This document shows, piece after piece, positions 8,790-15,942 of a DNA stretch of 20,939 bases. This DNA is from Myxococcales bacterium (GTDB taxonomy: Bacteria > Myxococcota_A > UBA9042). The stretch is from the NCBI GenBank assembly GCA_037441385.1, contig JBBISH010000112.1, forward strand, positions 1 to 20,939, given 5' to 3'. Each line of letters starts with the position of its first letter. Position 1 is the stretch's first letter. Below the pieces are notes generated by a model. The model was given only the letters and a program-made list of their open reading frames with translations, made no database searches and was not told where the DNA came from. Both the position numbers and the translations under genes were made by a program.

Positions 8790-10154
8790 TCAACGTGCCG
8801 CAGGTGTGGCGAATTCGGGCAAAGCCAGTGCATAATCAAAGGCTTCGGACCCCACGCGCCGCTGCCGCAACCGCCCATCGGCGCCGTAGACGTCGACCAC
8901 CGGCAGCCCGGCCACCGCCGGCAGCAGGCGCAGCATCTGCGCGGCGTCCCAGTCGCTGGCGTCGACCCGCACCACCAGCAACTCGGGGTGTGCTTTGGCG
9001 AATTCCTCAAGCTGGACCGAGAGCTTCTGGCACGGCGCACACCAGGTAGCCCAGTAATCCACCAGCGCCACCTGTCCCGGCGGCAGCAGGGCGGCGATCT
9101 CGGGCTGGGGCAGGTCGCCGGGCCGGGCGGGCACGGGCTCGGCCTTGGCCGGATCGCCCAGCGGCTGACTCCACGACAGGCCCACAAAGACCCAGTAAGC
9201 GGGCGGGGTTTGCAGCCCCAACACATCCCGCCACAGGGGCTTGCGGCCGGTCAGGTCCAGCGCGATCTGGTCGGTCAGCTGCCCGCGCAGCGAGGCGGTC
9301 AGGTCCACGTATTCGCCGCCCACGCTGGCCGAGTCGACGCGCACGCCCTGCCAATCGAGTTCACTGGGCATTTTGCGCTGCAGCCAGTCGACCGACAGGC
9401 TCGCCTGCAGCCGCTTGGGCCAGAGCTGCCCCGAAAGCCCGCCGCTGACCGCGGTCTCGCGCTCCCAGCGGAACCCGTCGTTGCAGTCGGCCAGCGGCGT
9501 GCGGGTGCGCAGCGCGGCAAACCAGCCCAGCTGCTCGACAAAGCGGCCGTAGAGCTCGGCGTCGGCCAATAGCCACCACGTGCCGCGGCCCAGCGACAGG
9601 GTCTTGTCCAGCTGCTGCCCCGGTTGCAGTTGCGTCACCTGCAGTTTGGAGACGTAGGGCCCGGTCGGCGCCGCCAGGCCCGCCGTCAGCTGCAGGCGCG
9701 GCAGCCAGCGGCCGTCCAGGCCCAGGAGTCGAAAAACGTCTGAACGCGCCCGAAGTTCCAAGTCCCCCAAGCCGTAGTCGTCTGTGTGGCGACTGTCCGA
9801 ATCGCTGCGGATGCGCCCGCTGGGCAGCAGCAGGCTGGCGCCCAGGCCGCTGGCGTGGTCGATCGCGGCGCTCAACGTAACCAGTTGAAGCGAAATCGAA
9901 AAGTGATCATAGCTGGGCAGCGCCCGCTTGCCGCCGTAGGGCTGGTCGCCGTAGGCGTAGGCATAGGTAAGCCCAGCGCGCACGCGGGTTTGTGGGGCGG
10001 CGGCGCTGCCGTCCAAGGCGCGCGCCATGTCGGTGTCTCCCACCGGGAGAGCGGGGTTGCCTCAGGCCGAGCACTGGGCCTGGGCCGGTGCGCTCCAGCC
10101 CGCCAGCACGGTCAGCGCCAGCGCGACAAGGGCAGCCAAATTCCAAGGTTTCAT
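8790..10154 (-). CDS. putative selenoprotein: signal peptide + CxxU + outer-membrane beta-barrel (Phenol_MetA_deg/transporter-like) + C-terminal thioredoxin
   Basis: ORFs 10062-10154 and 8790-10043 are in the same frame, separated only by TGA 10062-10064: ...AQAQCSA-TGA-GNPALPVGDTDM. GGAG RBS before ATG 10154. Barrel motifs GLGD, PTG, LGRG and amphipathic strands. Trx motif VDYWATWCAPC. 454 aa in total. Confidence 0.8.
10036..10064 (-). promoter_or_regulatory. UGA plus bacterial SECIS-like hairpin
   Basis: UGA, 11-nt spacer GGCAACCCCGC, then stem-loop UCUCCC-GGU-GGGAGA with G/U in the apical loop. Confidence 0.7.
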
Positions 10155-10231
10155 GGGGTGCTCCGCGGGCAGCTGCGCCGACGGGAGTCTGGCATTGCCG
10201 GTCCAGTGCGGCAAGGAGGGCAGGCGTGCGC

Positions 10232-10518
10232 GTTGGGGGGCAATTTCTACCCCGCAATCCGCAAAGCATTTTGGGCGTCCCGGCCCGGCGCACGCCAGGT
10301 TGGGGGGCATTTTCTAAGAGTAGGGGGCAATTTCTGAACGCCACGCCGGGCCGTCGCGCTGCGGCCGCCGGTCGTCGCAAGTGCCGGCGGCGCACTGGCC
10401 TCGTCCTCCCGGCGGTGGCGACGCGGCACCGCGCCGCCACCCCTTCGGGGCCAGCATCGCTGACGCGGGATGCGTGTTTTCCAGCAATTCCGGAGGGTAG
10501 AAAATGCCCCCCAACCTG
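10232..10518. repeat. cluster of GGGTAGAAAATGCCCCCCAAC-type motifs, including a perfect 21-bp inverted repeat
   Basis: Copies at 10232-10252(-), 10296-10316(-), 10321-10336(-, degenerate) and 10495-10518(+). 10296-10316 and 10498-10518 are exact reverse complements. Confidence 0.85.
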
Positions 10519-10639
10519 CGGCTTAAGGTGCGGTGGACCAAGATGGGCAGAACGGTCTACGACTGGACACCCATGCGCCAAGACAGGCTGTGCAGGCAGC
10601 CGCATGGGGGTGCGCAAAGGGAAGTGTCTGATTCCCGTC

Positions 10640-10668
10640 AAAAAAACCCAGCCAATGAATTGGCGGGC
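10640..10668 (-). terminator. intrinsic terminator
   Basis: Minus strand CCC-GCCAA-TTCA-TTGGC-T-GGG followed by TTTTTTT. Confidence 0.75.
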
Positions 10669-10679
10669 TATCATTGCGC

Positions 10680-10850
10680 CGTCGGCCTACGCCGACGTCC
10701 CGGTTCACTTCATCGCGGGTACGTATGAGCGGGGAAGCACTGAATTGTCCGGCACTATCGCGTCCTCGACCTAGCCGTCCTTGGCGAAGGACAGCGTCAT
10801 GGTGGCCCGCTGCTCCAGTGGCTGGGCCACCCTAACCAGCCGACACTCCA
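10680..10850 (-). ncRNA. structured intergenic element, copy B (IS110-end/bridge-RNA-like, putative)
   Basis: Homologous to copy A. Stems GGTGGCCC/GGGCCACC and GCTGTCC/GGACGGC (a G-U pair on the minus strand only). AT-rich upstream and followed by a terminator. Confidence 0.55.
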
Positions 10851-10951
10851 TAATTTTTTGACCCAATCAGCGCCTATTAAGGGCAAACAACTCCCGGTAG
10901 CTGGGATGCGACTTCTAGGCCAAGCACGCCAACGGTATGGCACGGAACGGC

Positions 10952-11545
10952 CTACACCGCCGCCGCCAGCTCGCGCAGCGCCTCGACGTCGGCGTAGATC
11001 TCGGCCACCGTCAGCTCCACCTCGGCCCCGGTCAGGCGCAGGGTCTCGCCATCCCCGCAAGCGCGGAAGGTCCAGCTGCCGTCGGCGTTGCGGGCAAAGT
11101 GCTCGACCAGGTTGCGATCTTGGTTGACCAGCAGGTAGTCGCACAGGCTGGGCAGGCGGCGGTACAGCTCGAACTTGCCGCCGCGATCGTACATTTCCGT
11201 TGTGGGCGACAGCACTTCCACCAGCACCGCCGGGTTGATCACGCCGTTGGGGTCGCGCGGGTCGGTCTGGAGCGGCCCGCACACCACACTGGCGTCTGGG
11301 TAGCAGGCGTCGCCCAGCAGAGGGATGACGATGCGCAGCTCGGAGTTGAACGGCCGACAGGGCTTGCCTGCCAGGACCCGGCGCAGGGCGGCATAGGCGT
11401 TGCCGGCCAGGTGGGCGTGGACGATGGATCCCCCCGTCATCGCAAAGATTTCCCCGCTGTGGAACTCCAGCTTGACCGGGCTACGGGCGCAGGCGTCCAG
11501 GTAGTCGGCGTAGGTGGTGGGCAGGGTTTTGCCGGCTTGGGCCAT
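10952..11545 (-). CDS. Uma2 family PD-(D/E)XK endonuclease-like protein
   Basis: Start reassigned to ATG 11545. Motifs EFHSGEIFAMTGGS..H, YPDASVVC, LVEVLSPTTEMYDRGGKFELYRRLPSL.DYLLVNQD. Confidence 0.92.
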   Translation of the reverse strand: MAQAGKTLPTTYADYLDACARSPVKLEFHSGEIFAMTGGSIVHAHLAGNAYAALRRVLAGKPCRPFNSELRIVIPLLGDACYPDASVVCGPLQTDPRDPNGVINPAVLVEVLSPTTEMYDRGGKFELYRRLPSLCDYLLVNQDRNLVEHFARNADGSWTFRACGDGETLRLTGAEVELTVAEIYADVEALRELAAAV

Positions 11546-11584
11546 GGGCGCCTCGGCGGGCCGGCGGGGGCCGGTGTAGGTAGG

Positions 11585-11613
11585 AGTGTAGGGACGGCGG
11601 GGGCTTCCAGCAA
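11585..11613 (-). promoter_or_regulatory. putative sigma70 promoter for the Uma2 gene
   Basis: TTGCTG-17 bp-TACACT on the minus strand, 40 bp upstream of the ATG. Confidence 0.45.
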
Positions 11614-11704
11614 GCAGAAGCGAGGCTTGCCCCAAGGCCACGCCTGGCCCATCATCGCCCGGCGCGCGGCCGACCGCGGCGACCGGACCGCCAGGACCGA
11701 GACC

Positions 11705-12508
11705 ATGCAACCCCATACGAATACGCAGACTTTTGCAGGACGGGCCACGCACGTCGCGGAGTTGGGCCACGGCCCGGCGGTGGTGCTGATCCACGGCTCG
11801 GCCGACAAGCCGACCACCTGGCTGCCGGTGATGCAGACACTGGCCGGGCAGTTCCACTTGTTTGCGCCGGGGTTGCCGCCCATCGCCCCCGAAGAGGTGG
11901 CCGCGGGCAAGCTGGCGCTGGACCTGGACCTGCCCTGGCTGGACGACGTGCTGACGTCCACGGGCGCGCGAATTTTGGCGGCGCATTCGTACGGAGCGCT
12001 TCTGGCGTTGAGGTGGGCGCTGGCGCATCCCGGCCGCCTGGACCGCTTGGTGCTGATCGAGCCCATCTGTTGGGGCATGGTGGCCGACGCCGGCACAGCC
12101 CACCAAAGGCTGGGCGAGCTCAGGGATTTTTGCCTACACGCCTTTGCCCGCGGCGAGGTGGAGCCGGCGATGCACTGGCTGGTGGACTACTGGAACGGCC
12201 AGGGCTTCTTTGCCGGCCTGCCCGAGCGGGTCCGCGCTGGCCTGCTGAGCCTGTACGGGCGCACCTGGGCCGAGGTGGCGAGCGGCGGCGGCGACCAGAC
12301 CCATGCCGCAGAGGTTTGCACGTTGACCACGGATGTGCGCCTATTGGCTGGGGAACACACTACCGCCGAGTCGCTGGCGGTCATGCGCGCCCTGGCCGCC
12401 GCCCTGCCCCGCGCGCCCCTGCAGGTGCTGCAAGGCGCGACCCACCAGTGCCTGAAAAGCCACGCGGCGCAGGTGGCCGCGGCGATCGCCGGCACTCCAG
12501 AACCCTAG
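11705..12508 (+). CDS. alpha/beta fold hydrolase
   Basis: Start reassigned to ATG 11705. GPAVVLIHGS, nucleophile elbow AHSYG, LVLIEP and a C-terminal His (GATH). Confidence 0.88.
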   Translation: MQPHTNTQTFAGRATHVAELGHGPAVVLIHGSADKPTTWLPVMQTLAGQFHLFAPGLPPIAPEEVAAGKLALDLDLPWLDDVLTSTGARILAAHSYGALLALRWALAHPGRLDRLVLIEPICWGMVADAGTAHQRLGELRDFCLHAFARGEVEPAMHWLVDYWNGQGFFAGLPERVRAGLLSLYGRTWAEVASGGGDQTHAAEVCTLTTDVRLLAGEHTTAESLAVMRALAAALPRAPLQVLQGATHQCLKSHAAQVAAAIAGTPEP

Positions 12509-12526
12509 ATCGAGAAAGGTGAAATC

Positions 12527-13321
12527 ATGGGCGATCACGTCCAAGTTCTGCGCGAAGGCGACCTGGCCGAAGTGCGCCTGACCCGGCCCGACAAGCGCAA
12601 TGCGCTCAGCTTCGCCATGCTGGGCGACCTGATCGACGCGGCCGATACCCTGAGTAAGGACAAGGCGTTGCGCGCCGTGCTGCTGACCGGGGCCGGCGAC
12701 TGCTTCAGCGCGGGCATCGACCTGGGCGACCTGCGCGACAAGAAACAAGCCCTGCGGGCCGCGTGGGAGCTGGCGCAGCCGACCGCCAACCTCTTTCAGC
12801 GCGCTTTCCTATGTTTTCGCGATTTGCCAGTGCCGGTGCTGGCGGCCATCCACGGCCACTGCCTGGGCGCCGGGCTGCAGCTAGCCCTGGCGGCGGACTT
12901 CCGCATCGCCACGCCCGACGCGCAACTGGCGATCATGGAAGCGAAATGGGGCCTGATCCCGGACATGGGCGCCAGCGTGACCCTGCGCGGCCTGCTTGGC
13001 GCCGACAAGGCGCGCGAGCTGATGATGACGGCGCGGATCGTGACGGGAGAGACCGCGGGCGCACTGGGCCTGGTTAGTCACGTCGACGCGGATCCCCGCG
13101 GCCGGGCGTTGGCGCTGGTCGACGAACTGCGCACCCGCTCGCCCGACGCGATCGCCGCCGCCAAACGCCTGTGCAATGCCATGGAAACTCAAGGTGCTTC
13201 GGCCACGTTGGGCCTGGAACGCCGCTTGCAGACGCGCCTGCTGCTGGGCAAGAACTTTGGCATCGCCGCCAAGCGCGCCAAGCAACCCGAGCTGAGCTGG
13301 AAGCCGCGCAGCTTGGGCTGA
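12527..13321 (+). CDS. enoyl-CoA hydratase/isomerase (crotonase family)
   Basis: Motifs RPDKRNAL, FSAGIDL, IHGHCLGAGLQLALAADFRIA and EAKWGLIPDMG. AAAGGTG RBS. Confidence 0.95.
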   Translation: MGDHVQVLREGDLAEVRLTRPDKRNALSFAMLGDLIDAADTLSKDKALRAVLLTGAGDCFSAGIDLGDLRDKKQALRAAWELAQPTANLFQRAFLCFRDLPVPVLAAIHGHCLGAGLQLALAADFRIATPDAQLAIMEAKWGLIPDMGASVTLRGLLGADKARELMMTARIVTGETAGALGLVSHVDADPRGRALALVDELRTRSPDAIAAAKRLCNAMETQGASATLGLERRLQTRLLLGKNFGIAAKRAKQPELSWKPRSLG

Positions 13322-13425
13322 CGCAAGCGTGGCAATCGGCCAACGCATTGGGGCGGGGCCCTGGTCGATTTCGGGCGACTTGCCCGCCAAGAACGGGTAT
13401 CCTGTTCGGCGTTTGCGGTTCGCCC

Positions 13426-15942
13426 ATGAACCCGCTGGCGCCGACCTACCCGATGAACACCCGCCCTGCCCGCCGCCCCCTCGCGTTCCGTGTACCCATT
13501 CGCACCAGCGGCTTGGCCCTGGCGGCAATGACCAGTCTGTGGCTGGCGACCGCCTGCTCCGACGGAGCGGGGAGTTCTGGCGCGGCCAGCGACACCAGCG
13601 CCGACAGCGGCCACTTGGACTCCACCGCCCTCACCGACGGCAGCGGCGGCGGCGTCACGGCCAACGCGAATGGCCCCAGCGTGGTCACCTGCCCCAAGGC
13701 CCTGCCCGCGCCCAAAGCGGCCGGCAGCTGCGACGTAAGCAAGGGCTCGACCACCCGCGTGATCCGCGGCACCGTCCTGGCCACCGACCACGTGTTCGTC
13801 GGCGGCGAAGTGGTCATCGACAGCAAGGGCAACATCACCTGCGCCGCTTGCGATTGCTCGGCGACCGACGGCTACAGCGGCGCCACCACGCTGCAATGCG
13901 GCGACGCCGTGATCTCGCCGGCGCTCATCAACAGCCACGATCACATCACCTTTGCTCAAAACGCGCCCAAGGCCCACAGCCAGAAGTACGACCACCGCCA
14001 CGAATGGCGCAAGGGCGCCAACGGCAAACAGAAGATTACTGTCCCCGGCGCCCCCAACGGCACCACCGACGAAGTGACCAGTTGGGGCGAGCTGCGCTTT
14101 GTCATCGGCGGCGCGACTTCGACGGTCGGCTCGGGCGGCGTCAACGGCATGCTGCGTAACCTGGACAAGTCCGGAACGATGCAGGGCAATTTGGGCAAGA
14201 CGCCCGTCGATTTCGAGACGTTCCCCCTGGGCGACTCAAGCCCAGACATCAGCAAACCACTGCCGACCACCTGCACCTACAAGATCGCGGTCACCGACCC
14301 GGAAGTCGCCAAAATGACCTCGTTCTTCCCACACATGAGCGAGGGCGTCGACCAGTCGGCCCACAACGAATTCGACTGCACCGACGGCGTCAACGCCCAG
14401 GCCAACTATGAGCGGCCGCAGACCGCGCTCATCCACGCCGTGGGTCTGCGCGCCGCCGACGTCTACCTGGCTGCCAAGACTGGGGTTTCACTGATCTGGT
14501 CGCCGCGCTCGAACATTGACCTGTACGGCTTCACCGCCAACGTTTCGCTCTTTGCCAACTTGGGCGTGCCGATCGCGCTCGGCACCGACTGGAGCGCCTC
14601 GGGCAGTATGAACATGCTCCGCGAACTGGCCTGCGCCGACAGCTTCAATCAGAAGAACCTGGGCGGATTCTTTACGGATTACCAGCTGTTCATGATGGTC
14701 ACCGGCACCGCGGCCGACGCCGCCAAGATGGGCGACGTCTTGGGCCGCATCGGTGTGGGGCGTCCAGCGGACATCACCGTCTTTGCCAGCCACGGCAAGG
14801 CGCCCTACGCGGCGGTAGTGCGCGCCGCCGTTGAGGATGTGGCGCTGGTCTTGCGTGGCGGCGTGGTCCTGCACGGCGACGCGGCCCTGGTCGACGCCCT
14901 CTCCAGCGACGGCGGCGCCGGCTGCGAGGCCCTGAAGAACTGCCTGTCCGGCAAAAAGCTCTGCGCCAAGCGCGAGTTTGGTCAAGACACGGCGGCCCTG
15001 GCCAAGACCATTGGCACCCCGTACGACCTGTACTTCTGTGGTGTTCCGCAAGGCGAACCGTCGTGCGTTCCGTCGCGCAGCGGCGTGTTCACCGGCGAGC
15101 CCAGCGCGACTGACAAAGACGGCGACGGCATCGAAGACAGCAAAGACCTGTGCCCCACGGTGTTTTCGGCGATTCGGCCCATGGACGGCGGCCAGCAGAT
15201 CGACAGCGACGGCGACGGCAAGGGCGACAGCTGCGACGTGTGCCCGCTGACGGCCAACAGCACGGATTGCAGCAAGGTGACGGTCCCCGTCGACGTGCCA
15301 GACACCACCTCGGGCGGCGACACTTCAGGCGGCGGCGCAGACGCGGGCAGCAGCGACGTCCAGCCCACCGCGGCAACGATCCCCGAGCTGAAGAAGATGG
15401 CCGCGGGCACGGTAGTCGAGCTCAAGGGCCTGTGTGTCACCGCCATCCGCACGGTGACCAGTGGCAGCACGGTGTGGGTGCAGCAGCCCGGCCTGACCAG
15501 CGACGGCGGCTACGTGGTGTACAGCAAGACCGCGGTGAGCAACAAGGTCGGCGACCAAATCGACGTGATCGGCGCGGTGGGCGACTTCAAAGGCCTGCCC
15601 GAGCTGCTGACCCCGGCCATCACCACCAAGGGCACCTGCAGCGAGGTCATCCTGCCCGTCGCGGTCTCGCCCTCGGACATCGCCACCGACGGCGCCAAGG
15701 TCAAGACGCTGATGAGCATGCTCGTAGAAGTGAGCGATGTGACCGTGACCGCCGCCGCCGCGACCGCCAAGGACGACTTCTACGTCACCGGCGACCTGCG
15801 CATCTCGCCGTTTGTGTACGCCTTTGACGGCACCAAGTACCCGGTGGGGACGCAGTGGAAGAGCATCCGCGGCGTGCTGGACTGGTACACGGACCACAGC
15901 AAGATCAATCCGCTGTCGGCGGCTGATCTGGTCGAGCCATAG
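13426..15942 (+). CDS. secreted/lipoprotein metal-dependent amidohydrolase with TSP3-like Ca-binding repeats and C-terminal OB-fold-like domains
   Basis: Lipobox-like LATA-C. Metal motifs INSHDH, PHMSEG, LIHAVG and ALGTDW. Repeats DKDGDGIEDSKDLCP and DSDGDGKGDSCDVCP. C-terminal VWVQ..VGDQIDVIG.VGDFKGLPEL. Start is 13426 or 13453. Confidence 0.85.
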   Translation: MNPLAPTYPMNTRPARRPLAFRVPIRTSGLALAAMTSLWLATACSDGAGSSGAASDTSADSGHLDSTALTDGSGGGVTANANGPSVVTCPKALPAPKAAGSCDVSKGSTTRVIRGTVLATDHVFVGGEVVIDSKGNITCAACDCSATDGYSGATTLQCGDAVISPALINSHDHITFAQNAPKAHSQKYDHRHEWRKGANGKQKITVPGAPNGTTDEVTSWGELRFVIGGATSTVGSGGVNGMLRNLDKSGTMQGNLGKTPVDFETFPLGDSSPDISKPLPTTCTYKIAVTDPEVAKMTSFFPHMSEGVDQSAHNEFDCTDGVNAQANYERPQTALIHAVGLRAADVYLAAKTGVSLIWSPRSNIDLYGFTANVSLFANLGVPIALGTDWSASGSMNMLRELACADSFNQKNLGGFFTDYQLFMMVTGTAADAAKMGDVLGRIGVGRPADITVFASHGKAPYAAVVRAAVEDVALVLRGGVVLHGDAALVDALSSDGGAGCEALKNCLSGKKLCAKREFGQDTAALAKTIGTPYDLYFCGVPQGEPSCVPSRSGVFTGEPSATDKDGDGIEDSKDLCPTVFSAIRPMDGGQQIDSDGDGKGDSCDVCPLTANSTDCSKVTVPVDVPDTTSGGDTSGGGADAGSSDVQPTAATIPELKKMAAGTVVELKGLCVTAIRTVTSGSTVWVQQPGLTSDGGYVVYSKTAVSNKVGDQIDVIGAVGDFKGLPELLTPAITTKGTCSEVILPVAVSPSDIATDGAKVKTLMSMLVEVSDVTVTAAAATAKDDFYVTGDLRISPFVYAFDGTKYPVGTQWKSIRGVLDWYTDHSKINPLSAADLVEP

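Noticed and set aside
10062..10064. Genome-wide TGA reassignment (code 4/25) as the explanation for the in-frame TGA
   Set aside because: Other genes here (tail tube, crotonase, HEPN) end in TGA at the expected family C-termini.
10232..10518. CRISPR array or integron attC sites
   Set aside because: Mixed orientation, irregular spacing, no cas or intI gene, and no RYYYAAC...GTTRRY attC fold.
10815..10845. Pistol/hammerhead ribozyme or c-di-GMP riboswitch identity for the repeated element
   Set aside because: Only a superficial GGUUAGGG match; the conserved cores (CUGANGA/GAAA, GCAAA/GAAA) are absent.
10937..11704. N-terminal extensions of ORFs 10937-12508(+) and 10952-12106(-)
   Set aside because: Each extension is the antisense of the other gene; the likely starts are 11705 and 11545.
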